Positions 10,301-18,904 of a stretch of DNA of 64,000 nucleotides are shown here, in pieces. A model generated the notes under the pieces. The model was given only the letters and a program-made list of their open reading frames with translations, was not told the DNA's origin and did not search any database. The position numbers and the translations under genes were made by a program. Source of the stretch: an uncultured archaeon (GTDB lineage Archaea > Aenigmatarchaeota > Aenigmatarchaeia > PWEA01 > JAGHBM01). Each line of letters opens with the position of its first letter. Within the stretch, counting starts at the first letter, position 1. The stretch is taken from assembly GCA_964584335.1 (NCBI GenBank), contig CAZOZN010000004.1, forward strand, positions 1 through 64,000, read 5' to 3'.

Positions 10301-13300
10301 TGTAACGTTCAACCCGTTTATAGTCATAGAAGGCGTTGCTTTGTTTACTGTATAGGATTCTTGTCCGGTAAGGTTCCAGTTATTTAAAGTATCATTCGCA
10401 AACCACCTGTATACATAAGTCCCAGCGGCAAGACCGGAAACATCAAAATACCACTCTTCATTATTTCTTGTTTCTATTGTTGTGTTGTGTGGAGTGGAAG
10501 AACCGGTTAGGTTGTGTTCTATTATTACCTTGTCCACTACACCGTTATCATTCCAAGTTACGTTGAATTGATACGGCTGTAATTGAGAAAAAGACGAACC
10601 AGAAGATGGGTGGTTTTTTAAGGAAGACCACTTTGGTGCAACACTGTCCTCTACTTCTAATTTTTCTGTTGCTGAAAAAGTGTTACATGTTTCAGTTGAA
10701 TTGCATTTTATTCTTATGGTGTAGTTTTTTGATTCAATACCCATAACATTCCATTTCGCGGTCAACCAGTTTCCGTCATCTATGTCTCCCATACTGACGG
10801 GATTGCTTCCGTTTACCATCAAAGAACCTCCCGTGGTATTAAATATTCTTTCTCCGTCTGCCTGTATTTCTATGAATACGTTGCTGCAGTTTCCACCATG
10901 GCATGAACAATTTCCCAAAACTGTCGAGTTTTCAAATTGTTCTATAACAGTAGGATTTATACTTTCAATCTTTGAGTCCAATTCCAAGAGAGTTACAGCC
11001 ACAGACCAACTTTCCCCGCTCTCAGTATAGTTCTCGTTTCCGGAGTAGTTTCCCAAAAATCCGAAATTTCCCTCGGTACTCAAGTTTGTCATATTTTGCA
11101 GGGGACTCGAACCGGAACCCCAAAGTTTCCAGATACCGTCAGAGTAATTGGTCCATAGTTCAATATTTTTTCCCGGGTAACCGTTTAGCTCTACAGTAAA
11201 GTTAGAATAAGAATTTTTTGTAAATCCTCTTTTGTGCCTGGTGCCGTTTATCCAGAGAAAAGTTTCCGTGGATTTTTTTGTTACATTCAAGAAATTGTCT
11301 CTGTTGTAAATGGAGGTATAATTCTGTGACTCTTGGTAATGGCAAGTGTAATTGTAAGTGCTTGCGCCGAGTGTTTTTATTTCCTCTGTTTTGTCGGTTC
11401 CTTGTGCGACTTGAGAATTGTTCCTGTACAGGGTTAGCGTGTTACCCGGGTCACCTTCAATTATGCTGCAGCTCGAATTTGTTTCAGTTTCATATGATAC
11501 AGTTTCTGAAGGATTAATGGATATTAGAAGAGAAGGTGATTTTTTGTTTACTTTTATGAAGTATGTTTTGTAATCTTGGGAATAATTTTCATTACCGCCG
11601 TAATATGCTGTTATATTTTTTTCACCGCTAGCAAAGTTTTCTGTTATCTTGTATAAAGGAGAATAACCGGAGTTTATCTGGTCCCCGTTTTTATAGACAT
11701 AAAAATTTTGTGAAATGTTTAGTGTGGCTGTTATATTTGCATATTCGCCGTATGTTATCGTGATATTGTTTTCCGTTCCGTTAAGATAAAGCCTGACTTC
11801 GCTTTCTCCTTTTTTTATGTTGTAGGTTCTGGTTGGGGTTGAGTTTACGTTTCCTGCGGTGTCATTCGCAAACCACCTGTAAACATATTTTCCCGCGCCC
11901 AAATCGTTAATATTATAGTAGTACTCACTTCCCGATGAAGTGGGAACTGTATGATTTGACAGAGAACCTGTCATGTTTTCTTCTATCCATACTTTGTCAA
12001 CGCCCGATAGAGTGTCCTGGAAAGTTATGTTGAATTGATAATTTTTGTCCGGCGAATATGTTGATTCTGATTGGGGTGTTGTAATATTATCTGAATAATT
12101 TGGAGGAGTTGTATCGTATTTAAAAAATACAGTGTTGTTAATCCCCATGTACCCGTCCGAGTCATTACAGTATACAAAAATCTGAAACTGGTTTTCCGAT
12201 GGTGGTGTTATTGAAGAGTTCCAGCTCCTGCCGGAGCCGGACATGGTTGAGTTTGAGCCTGAATTGTTAAGGTTCCAACCGCACCACTCGGCATCCTCGC
12301 CAGTGCTTACGCTTAGGTTTAGGGGGTAATAATTGTATGCCATGTTTTCCGGGTTTTTTATATTTATTTTAGGAGGCAAATTGGTCTCCTCGTCTCCCCA
12401 TGATACAAAGATGTTTTGGTTCTGCATCATCTGATAAGTCTGGTTTATCCATTCGGCGCTTCTTGAAATGTTTGAAATCCTGAATTCATCTATCATACCG
12501 TCGAAATTTCCCGGGTAGCTTCCTTCTCCTATAACCAAGTCAGCGGAATCTTTGTCTATGACTCCCGAATGAGATGGAGGAGTCCCCACCATTGAACCGT
12601 CCAAGTAAGTTGACACGTGTGTCGAGTTCTTTATACCGACCATGTGATACCACTGGCCTGTTGTCGGAGTCCAAGAGTAGTCGGGGCTTTCCCAACCATT
12701 GTTTACAAAAACAAAGAACCTTAAAACATTTCCGTTTCTGAGATAGAATGCCCATCTTCTGTTGCTGCCGTCGTCTATTGCTGCTATAACTCTGTTTCCC
12801 GTATTATCGTCGAACTTTGCCCAGGCCTCTATTGTAATATAGTCTACATCAAGACTTGATGACTGTCCGCAGTTTATCTTGTCGTCGTTTGCGTCTCCCG
12901 CAAAGTCAACCCCACCGTCCACCTTTGCTTCCGCTCCTCTTACAGTGTCTGAGTCAGAATCGGTTAGTGTTCCGTTGTTGCCTTTTTCTGTTGAGTCGTA
13001 GAATGTACCGGATTTTTCTTCCATGTGCTGGACTACAACGTAGTTTTCATCCCAGACACCTGCCGGGTTTTCGCCATTTTCAGCTTGAGAGTTGTCATAG
13101 TACATTGATATCGTCGTACCCGACTCCGGTATCGAAGGTACCCTAACCCAAACATCCGCGCTTGAAGACGTGTAATTTTCAATTTCGTAGTCAAGTTCGG
13201 AACCTTCGTTGTTGCAGGACGTGTTTATGAATCTTATGTCTCTGTAGTCAGATTGCATCTTGCCCGACACAAATGATACGTTTACGTAGGCCGGGAAGTT

Positions 13301-14485
13301 TTCAAGTGTGGTTGAACCGGCGTTATTTATTGTTATGTTTTTGCATGCGGACCAGGTACTGTTCCACCAGCTCCCCCCTCCGGGGTCCAGAGCGATAAAC
13401 TTGCTGGGCCTGTTGTCAGTCTCATATTCAAAATATTCCCAAGTCCCTGGCTGGTGCGGAACCCTGTAAAGGTAAACAGTCTGCTCAGGAGAAGGCAAAA
13501 CAGATCTGTCCAGCAAATTAAGGTCCGTACTTACACCGAAGGAACCTATCTGATTCTTTATCGAGTCGTACCAACCGCTTTCCCACTTCTCTAAAAAGTT
13601 TTTTGTCACAAAGAAAGACTCAGGCTCGTCGTAAACTTCCTCCTCGTAAACAATCCTTTCTATGTAAGGATAATTTACTTTTGTGTAGTTCCCCTTCAGC
13701 TCTTCCGATTCCTCGTCGAAATAAATAGGCATATAATCAGCTTCTGCAGCCCCCTGGAAATCGTTCCTAACATCTCCCTTGTAGTAGGTTATGTTATCCC
13801 TTTCTATGTTTTTTGTTTTGTTCACTAGGTGCCAAGCCCTGAAGCCCTTCAGCTTTCCGGAGGTGGTGATTGCAACATAACTGAAATCCTTTTCCCTCTT
13901 GTTGAAGAGCCTGTAGCTTATTTTTTGAGAGAAAGGCGAAGAACTTTTTTTAATCAACTCCAGTTTTGTATCGTAAGCAGATATATTGTAATCAGCTCCG
14001 GTTATGGTTTCAGTTTCAGGCATTCCGAATGAATCAACTCCGTCAACTGAGTATTTGTTTTTTTGTTTTTTTGCCAGCGGTACAAAAACTTTATTATCTT
14101 TTATTTTTTCTTGTTCATTTTTGTTTTCTTTTATTTCTTCTTTTTTCCCTGCTAAGAATTCTTTCGATTTTACTGTGTTTCCTGACCTCAATAAAAAAAC
14201 ATAATACCCTTTTTCTAATGGTAATGTTATGGAATAAGAACCAATAGAATTGGTTGAAGCCGTCCTGGAAAATATTTCTTTGTTTTCATCTAGTATTGTA
14301 ATTGAGAAAGGAGTTTCCGCAGGACCTTCAATACCTAATGTAGTAAAACTTTCGGTTGTTTCAACCAGTATGTTAAATTCTTCATTTGAATTTACTATGC
14401 TGGATAACGTTGCTAAGAAGAATATAATAAAAACTATAGAGGTAACTTTAGCTTTGTGTTCTTTTTTCCCCCACACGGCACCCAA
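7349..14485 (-). CDS. Giant 2378-aa surface protein: DUF2341, two LamG-like domains, Ig-like repeats, C-terminal pilin-like domain (candidate tip adhesin)
   Basis: Signal peptide, WWNSTW..FPAYV..DIRF (DUF2341-like), FDGMIDEFRIS and FYGAIDEALIF (LamG), many NxS/T sequons, no C-terminal TM; ends INFGVLDPG...WIDVPYG...YQGTMTIKA. Confidence 0.9.
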   Translation of the reverse strand: MGAVWGKKEHKAKVTSIVFIIFFLATLSSIVNSNEEFNILVETTESFTTLGIEGPAETPFSITILDENKEIFSRTASTNSIGSYSITLPLEKGYYVFLLRSGNTVKSKEFLAGKKEEIKENKNEQEKIKDNKVFVPLAKKQKNKYSVDGVDSFGMPETETITGADYNISAYDTKLELIKKSSSPFSQKISYRLFNKREKDFSYVAITTSGKLKGFRAWHLVNKTKNIERDNITYYKGDVRNDFQGAAEADYMPIYFDEESEELKGNYTKVNYPYIERIVYEEEVYDEPESFFVTKNFLEKWESGWYDSIKNQIGSFGVSTDLNLLDRSVLPSPEQTVYLYRVPHQPGTWEYFEYETDNRPSKFIALDPGGGSWWNSTWSACKNITINNAGSTTLENFPAYVNVSFVSGKMQSDYRDIRFINTSCNNEGSELDYEIENYTSSSADVWVRVPSIPESGTTISMYYDNSQAENGENPAGVWDENYVVVQHMEEKSGTFYDSTEKGNNGTLTDSDSDTVRGAEAKVDGGVDFAGDANDDKINCGQSSSLDVDYITIEAWAKFDDNTGNRVIAAIDDGSNRRWAFYLRNGNVLRFFVFVNNGWESPDYSWTPTTGQWYHMVGIKNSTHVSTYLDGSMVGTPPSHSGVIDKDSADLVIGEGSYPGNFDGMIDEFRISNISRSAEWINQTYQMMQNQNIFVSWGDEETNLPPKINIKNPENMAYNYYPLNLSVSTGEDAEWCGWNLNNSGSNSTMSGSGRSWNSSITPPSENQFQIFVYCNDSDGYMGINNTVFFKYDTTPPNYSDNITTPQSESTYSPDKNYQFNITFQDTLSGVDKVWIEENMTGSLSNHTVPTSSGSEYYYNINDLGAGKYVYRWFANDTAGNVNSTPTRTYNIKKGESEVRLYLNGTENNITITYGEYANITATLNISQNFYVYKNGDQINSGYSPLYKITENFASGEKNITAYYGGNENYSQDYKTYFIKVNKKSPSLLISINPSETVSYETETNSSCSIIEGDPGNTLTLYRNNSQVAQGTDKTEEIKTLGASTYNYTCHYQESQNYTSIYNRDNFLNVTKKSTETFLWINGTRHKRGFTKNSYSNFTVELNGYPGKNIELWTNYSDGIWKLWGSGSSPLQNMTNLSTEGNFGFLGNYSGNENYTESGESWSVAVTLLELDSKIESINPTVIEQFENSTVLGNCSCHGGNCSNVFIEIQADGERIFNTTGGSLMVNGSNPVSMGDIDDGNWLTAKWNVMGIESKNYTIRIKCNSTETCNTFSATEKLEVEDSVAPKWSSLKNHPSSGSSFSQLQPYQFNVTWNDNGVVDKVIIEHNLTGSSTPHNTTIETRNNEEWYFDVSGLAAGTYVYRWFANDTLNNWNLTGQESYTVNKATPSMTINGLNVTYPENVNIQPSESNGGDKDINYTFWRENTILSSSLGVAPASDTKSLGAGIYSYRLNCSEGQNWTSISIGDSLIIEVKKGTSVTNLYLNGTEDDKKYTLGGYANFTVGLNLSGDVYLDTNMTGWILQSGSSPLVNYTILSGEGVFNITGYFNGDENYTSSYVTYYANVTQDIYPPQINWISPTPLPGEKKKQDWVYLKTEISDHSNNTAFFDWNRSLLGYWSFEYNSSTGIYDNSTHKNIGSFTGNNFGSDNITTGKFGKALEFDGQDDYIAITDGSEFNGLEELTLSAWIYQRGLTGSYNKILSKRGGSSNFWFIATKSEGLYACVASSGSYTCTDSYPVEENEWHHVVLTFKNSDQIQRVYYDGNLVLANSTTGSLAAFSASPTIGRDSDLGSGNFYGAIDEALIFDRALSQQEVRSLYDNKNFQLYRNFTELEDGNYTYTAWAIDQKGNMDFSSREVSIGSAPKFREEFTNSTEGGEPVKFSLRWTDDSGLSGYVFSFDNGTGTFSNGTGWTQFPTGGKEDWSNETRVTNSTTGSIIRWKVYANDTDGNWNTSDTYSFTVTEGFNISINVSVDFGYNSNILVYNSTGQMIGQGQDSLNLNVEQNQLYDIIINTPLISGNQKTLLKNVNVSQNINITSQVKEDYSGYAPVGISELTAIYSQEELAVGYEYAEIFLPRSGMGVPYILHCTEWNFTTSNCSVWEINESSDYQSQENSTHIWFNVTVFDSYGGGDPVNLSVILSEPKENTIVPYGKNFTVNATVICRGGDCGSVEGGVRFNSTSTNPDTSIPQNAGNPFYTFDSNPQFCTLSQGENCTMLWKVNSTGNLGDKYKLGVKFNCSSQTNHTENSTVEIGKILMMNFTFDTINFGVLDPGELGQPAKNNTNNIYNISIDPNSNNFDFLWIKSERMFGSEWPNYYIGPGNISWSFQNNPSTETKMSLSYSLMDTDIQSGQNLTTYYWIDVPYGLMNQNYQGTMTIKANATW
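13361..13927. repeat. 567-bp direct repeat copy 2
   Basis: Matches 5528-6094, in frame (189 codons). Confidence 0.95.
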
Positions 14486-14495
14486 CCTGTATTAA

Positions 14496-14515
14496 TATAT
14501 CACTATATTGATATA
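14496..14515. promoter_or_regulatory. Candidate operator 1 (TATATCA-N6-TGATATA)
   Basis: Palindrome just upstream of the 2378-aa gene, overlapping a TATA-like box; similar sites at 14800 and 15809. Confidence 0.55.
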
Positions 14516-14537
14516 TAAGCATTAATTTACCCTAAAA

Positions 14538-14777
14538 CTAGAAGAACTTGTCTATTGTGCTTTGTTCAACCCACCACAAAACCCTTCTTTTACTTTTTAC
14601 CATATCTTCTTTGCTTTTTACAAGTTTTTTCAAAAGAAGGTCTTTGAGATGTATGTTGGCCGTTGACCATGATATGTTTAATTCCTTGGCTATTTCGTAA
14701 GTTGACATGGGTTTGGGGTTCTCTCTTAAAGTTTTTATTATCTTTTCGTCAACTTCTGTTATTCTGGGAGTGTCCAT
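14538..14777 (-). CDS. Small winged-helix (wHTH) transcription regulator
   Basis: DEKIIKTL...MSTYEIAKELNISWSTANIHLKDL...LV HTH signature with a RVLWWV wing; ArsR/Lrp/FaeA-like. Confidence 0.88.
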   Translation of the reverse strand: MDTPRITEVDEKIIKTLRENPKPMSTYEIAKELNISWSTANIHLKDLLLKKLVKSKEDMVKSKRRVLWWVEQSTIDKFF

Positions 14778-14799
14778 GTTAATATTTTAAATGTCTTAA

Positions 14800-14819
14800 T
14801 ATAAAAATGTATTGATATA
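14800..14819. promoter_or_regulatory. Candidate operator 2 / promoter of the wHTH gene
   Basis: Minus strand TATATCAATACATTTTTATA, 23 nt upstream of the ATG. Confidence 0.5.
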
Positions 14820-14832
14820 AATTATAATCAAA

Positions 14833-15765
14833 TTAAAGCTGATTACTCCCTATCACATAAAGAGTTCCCTGATTTAGCCTTCCCTTGGCCACTCCAAAAG
14901 GTATTCTCACGGTTATATTTGCCACTGTTGAGTTGCCTGGGTATAACAAACCCGTGTAAAATTTCTCGTCATTTGAAGCAGTGTCAGTGCCAGGAAAATC
15001 CTGGTTCCAGTGGGACCACCTTACCCTGTCCTGGGTGTTGTTGTTTACTGCTATCACATAGGAATCTCCTCCTATGTTTATATCGGCGTAGCACCAATTT
15101 TCATTATTTGTATTTGATAGTATGCCTGTCCTGCAGTTTGTTGTTGGCCCGTTATTTAGCCCAGCATCACAACTTGAGAAGTCTATATTACCTGTTGTGT
15201 ATTTTGTATGAGCAATATCTCCCACGTAAAATTCGATTTCATCGCATTTCTGGCTCGTCCTGTCAAACATCCAAAAATATTCTCCGCTGGCATTTCTGAA
15301 TCTTCCATAAGAGAAACTTGAATTTGGAGGGGAATTACCGTAAGGGTCTACTAGATATACCAGGCTTCTTGTTTCATTGAATTCTATTCTGTCTACAGCA
15401 TAATAAGTTCCACTCTCTCTCGATATATAAACCATATTTCCTGCATCATAGCTAATGTTGGTGCCAGTCCCGAATGGTCTACTGCTTGGCTGCGTAACAT
15501 TGAACCATATTTCGGTAAGGTTTGTAGAACCGATGTTTTCTATTTGTGCATGTTTTGTCGCTCCTTGTGTTCCCGGATCCAATCCGGTCCAAGAAAACGA
15601 GGACGGTGTCATGTCTATCATTGTCTTTTCGCCCACCGTTACATTAAGTGTGGAGCTGTCAGAATCTTCTGCCCCGGGAGAAAAATCACTAAATGCTATT
15701 ATGAGTGCAATCATACCTATTAAAACAAATAATCCTCTTTTATAATCCATTACACACGCCCACAA
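14833..15765 (-). CDS. Secreted fibre-subunit-like protein, paralogue 1 (start may be ATG 15750)
   Basis: Sec signal; STLNVTV..IDMTP..W..LDPG..QIENIGS.N....WFN..PFGTG..YDAGN..YGRFRN..EYFW..LYPG..IPFGV..GTLYV; paired Cys. Confidence 0.85.
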   Translation of the reverse strand: MWACVMDYKRGLFVLIGMIALIIAFSDFSPGAEDSDSSTLNVTVGEKTMIDMTPSSFSWTGLDPGTQGATKHAQIENIGSTNLTEIWFNVTQPSSRPFGTGTNISYDAGNMVYISRESGTYYAVDRIEFNETRSLVYLVDPYGNSPPNSSFSYGRFRNASGEYFWMFDRTSQKCDEIEFYVGDIAHTKYTTGNIDFSSCDAGLNNGPTTNCRTGILSNTNNENWCYADINIGGDSYVIAVNNNTQDRVRWSHWNQDFPGTDTASNDEKFYTGLLYPGNSTVANITVRIPFGVAKGRLNQGTLYVIGSNQL

Positions 15766-15808
15766 ACTGGTTTTAAACAGGATTCTGTTGATAAATTAAA
15801 TATAATAA

Positions 15809-15828
15809 TATATAAATGTAGTGATATA
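15809..15828. promoter_or_regulatory. Candidate operator 3
   Basis: Minus strand TATATCACTACATTTATATA, 18/20 identical to the 14496 site. Confidence 0.5.
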
Positions 15829-15868
15829 TCAAGATAACTTTAAATATTAAAGATTATATATATTTTTT

Positions 15869-15953
15869 GTGTGGTGGGGTATCAGCGTGTGTCATCACGT
15901 TTTCCTCTAATTTCTTAGAGGGTGTTCCAACCCCCCACCCTACTAATTTTTTT
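15869..15953. ncRNA. Candidate small structured RNA (strand uncertain)
   Basis: GC-rich island in an AT-rich spacer: closing stem GGTGGGG/CCCCACC and two internal hairpins, with TTTAAATA 30 nt upstream and a T-run downstream on the + strand. Confidence 0.5.
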
Positions 15954-16779
15954 CAAGAATAATTGTATAATTTAGCAAGTGACTTGAATGATAGAATGAG
16001 CGCATACCTCTAAAATAACTTAAAGTAAGGTTTAGTTTTAGATTGAATTTTTCTTCTTCGTAACTTTTGAAGGGCGCTGGCTTGGGTGTTTCCATCCTTA
16101 AATTTATTGGTTTTGATTTTACAAAGCCTTCTATTCCCTTAATTTCTATATATTCATATTCCTCGTCTTTTTGCTTAAAAAGCTTTATTTCAGAAGGTTC
16201 CAGCTTAACATTCATCTCTATCGAATCTTTGTTCAATGGCTTGTAAAGTCTTGTAGGAGGATTGACCTCTAAAATCCACGGAGGCTTTTCCAAGACATCT
16301 AATTTTACAAAATATTCATCTTCTCCGTTTACGTTATACAGGTATATTTTCTCGTTTAACTCCCGGCCTCTTTTTATTTTTACTTCTTCTTTACCCTGTT
16401 TTATACCAAAAGGTATTCTTACGTCCTGTACAAGCTTGTCCATGTTGATACATGAAACATGGCCGGTTTCAGGCTCTATCCACACAGACAAGGTCTTGTT
16501 ATCTTTTCTGTTACTGTATTCAAATTTCCAGTAGTCCTTTTCTTCAAAACTTTCACCGCAACTTTTTCTTATTTTTTCTATTTCTTCTTCTACCTTGTCT
16601 TTTGAGATTATATAACCCTGTATTTTTGCCTCAGGGTAAGCCTTAAGAAAGTATTCTGCTTCCGGGTTTTCATTGGCAGCCTCCAAAACACTGAAATCTT
16701 TAGTGGAGTTTTCGATAAGAAACGCTATTGAAAACATAAAGATTAAAAAAATAAGTGCAAACAAAAAAAACTTTTTCAT
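15943..16779 (-). CDS. Membrane-anchored hypothetical protein (N-terminal TM) in the fibre locus
   Basis: 278-aa ORF, hydrophobic N-terminus, beta-rich C-terminal half. Confidence 0.8.
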   Translation of the reverse strand: MKKFFLFALIFLIFMFSIAFLIENSTKDFSVLEAANENPEAEYFLKAYPEAKIQGYIISKDKVEEEIEKIRKSCGESFEEKDYWKFEYSNRKDNKTLSVWIEPETGHVSCINMDKLVQDVRIPFGIKQGKEEVKIKRGRELNEKIYLYNVNGEDEYFVKLDVLEKPPWILEVNPPTRLYKPLNKDSIEMNVKLEPSEIKLFKQKDEEYEYIEIKGIEGFVKSKPINLRMETPKPAPFKSYEEEKFNLKLNLTLSYFRGMRSFYHSSHLLNYTIILEKN

Positions 16780-16832
16780 GAATATAATTACTTCTCAATA
16801 AATTAAAATATAAAAAAAGATAGGGGGATTTA

Positions 16833-17801
16833 CTATCTTGCTTCTGGATCGCTTCTAACTACTACTGTAAGTGTTCCCTGTGTCAGCTTACCTTTTGCTA
16901 CACCGTAAGGAACGTAAATCTTTAGGTCTGCTACCGTAGAGTTTCCCGGATATACTATTGGAGTCGAGAAATAATCGTTGTGATCTGCAGCTCCCTCATT
17001 CCAATCACGTCCTCCTGGGAATTCAACGTTCCAATGAGACCATCTCAATGTGTAACCGTTTACACTGTCGTCTATTGCTACTGTGTAATCGTCTCCGCCG
17101 ATGTTTACATCAGCCCAACAGTAGTTAGCATCTCCTGTCGCAGCAGCAGTTGCACCTTCCCTACAGTTGGTTCCTGGTGCGTTTCCCAAACCGGCATCAC
17201 AAGCACTGAAGTCAATAGAACCTGTCTGTCCCTGACTGTGTGCTACGTCACCTACATAGAAGTCTCCACAGCCTACCTGACTCTTGTTGTAGAACCAGAA
17301 GTATTCATATGATGTGTTCCTGAATCTTCCGTAGTTGTACATGCTTGAGTCGGGTGGTATGTTTCCGCTCGGGTCGGTTAGATATATAAGGCTTCTTGTT
17401 TCGTTAAATTCTCTCCTGTCAACCGCGTAATAAACACCATTTCCTTCCCTTGATATCCATACCATGTTTGCTGCATCGTAACTGTCATTGCTACCTGTTC
17501 CGAAAGGTCTGTTTGCTGGCTGAGTTACATTAAACCACATGTTGGTGAAGTTTGTAGAACCGATGTTTTCTATTTGTGCCTGTTTTCTTACACCTTCTGT
17601 TCCCGGGTCTATACCTGCCCAGATAAATTCTGCAGGGTTCATGTCGACCAGTGTAAGTCCTGCTACTGTTATGTCTATTGTTGCTGTGTCTGTTATGTTT
17701 ACTGCCTTTGCGTTTGGCGTGAATCCTATGTAAAAGGACCCCAAAACAAGTACACTTACTGCTAGTATCCCTAAACTAATTCCTAATACTGAATATTTCA
17801 T
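16833..17801 (-). CDS. Secreted fibre-subunit-like protein, paralogue 2
   Basis: Signal ending NAKA; DTATIDITV..VDMNP..W.GIDPG..; ends VYPG..YVPYGVAKGKLTQGTLTVVV; SD AGGTGA. Confidence 0.88.
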   Translation of the reverse strand: MKYSVLGISLGILAVSVLVLGSFYIGFTPNAKAVNITDTATIDITVAGLTLVDMNPAEFIWAGIDPGTEGVRKQAQIENIGSTNFTNMWFNVTQPANRPFGTGSNDSYDAANMVWISREGNGVYYAVDRREFNETRSLIYLTDPSGNIPPDSSMYNYGRFRNTSYEYFWFYNKSQVGCGDFYVGDVAHSQGQTGSIDFSACDAGLGNAPGTNCREGATAAATGDANYCWADVNIGGDDYTVAIDDSVNGYTLRWSHWNVEFPGGRDWNEGAADHNDYFSTPIVYPGNSTVADLKIYVPYGVAKGKLTQGTLTVVVRSDPEAR

Positions 17802-17932
17802 TCTTCTTTCACCTGAGGGTGTTCCTAAATTTTTTAGTGTGGGACTATATTTAAAGATTTCGTTTTTAAGTTAAAGTTGAAATTAGATGATATAACCAAC
17901 TCTAATTATAATTAAATAAAAAAAGAAATAGG

Positions 17933-18856
17933 TTATTTTATTGTATTTACAAGAACGGTTACCGAGCCGGATATTTCCGGATTTGTCGAGTTATACACTA
18001 CACCATAAGGTACCAAAGGCCTTATTCTTGCATAACCTGATGCTCCAGGATATATTGCCCCGTCTTCGCTGTAATCTATGAAATAATCGGCGTTTCCGCA
18101 GCTCTCTGCTCCCGGTGCATCCATATTATATTTATAGAACATTGCCTTTGTTCCGTCATGATACATTGCAACACATATTTGGTCTCCGTTTACTGTTATT
18201 GCTGCATAACCCCAATCACCTAAGCTTGTTAGACCTGTGTCGCCGTTATCACTGAGGTCCCATTCTCCCGTCTGAGATTGGGTATGCGGTGATTGACCTA
18301 TCCTTAAGTTTCCTTCTGTGCAGTTGTCTCCAACTGAACAGTCAACAGTCCAGAAATATTCTTTTGAAGCATTCCTGAACCTTCCATAAGGCACATTTGG
18401 AGGCGTGTTGCTGTTTGGCCCCTTCAAGTAAATTATGTCACTGGTTGCGTTGTAATCTACTCTGTTGGGGAAGTAGTATTTTTGACCGTCTTGATCCTTA
18501 GATATTGCCATAAAGTTGCCTGCATCGTAGTTCTTGGACAAACCTGTACCGAATGGGTCAGAATCGGGGTAACTATTGTTAAACCATACATGTGTAAGGT
18601 TGACTGAACCCATGTTCTCTATTTGTATTCTTTTATAGCTTCCGGTTGAACCCGGGTCTAGAGGAGTAGTCCAGTTTAATGTCGCTGGAGATATATCGAC
18701 TATACTTTTTTCGTTTATTCTTATAGTCACGTTAATTTCATCAGTCGCATTCGTCTCCGCCGCACCAACTTTATTGACATTTAACCCAAGTGTAAATACA
18801 ATAGCTATCATTATACTTAAAGATAGAGCAGAAACTAATTTCTTTTTTATCTTCAT
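17933..18856 (-). CDS. Secreted fibre-subunit-like protein, paralogue 3
   Basis: Signal ending VGA; EINVTIRI..VDISP..W..LDPG..QIENMGS; ends IYPG..LVPYGV..SGSVTVLV; SD AGGTG. Confidence 0.88.
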   Translation of the reverse strand: MKIKKKLVSALSLSIMIAIVFTLGLNVNKVGAAETNATDEINVTIRINEKSIVDISPATLNWTTPLDPGSTGSYKRIQIENMGSVNLTHVWFNNSYPDSDPFGTGLSKNYDAGNFMAISKDQDGQKYYFPNRVDYNATSDIIYLKGPNSNTPPNVPYGRFRNASKEYFWTVDCSVGDNCTEGNLRIGQSPHTQSQTGEWDLSDNGDTGLTSLGDWGYAAITVNGDQICVAMYHDGTKAMFYKYNMDAPGAESCGNADYFIDYSEDGAIYPGASGYARIRPLVPYGVVYNSTNPEISGSVTVLVNTIK

Positions 18857-18904
18857 TTTTACACCTAGGGGATGTTCCTAAAAGATTTAGGTGAATTTCT
18901 ATAT

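Noticed and set aside
15520-15549. 30-bp exact repeat with 17550-17579
   Set aside because: It encodes the conserved AQIENIGSTN motif of two paralogues; paralogy explains it.
14833-18856. Type IV pilins or archaellins
   Set aside because: No class III signal (K/R-G followed by a hydrophobic mature N-terminus), and no PilB/TadC or prepilin peptidase nearby; the signals end in A-x-A-like SPase I sites.
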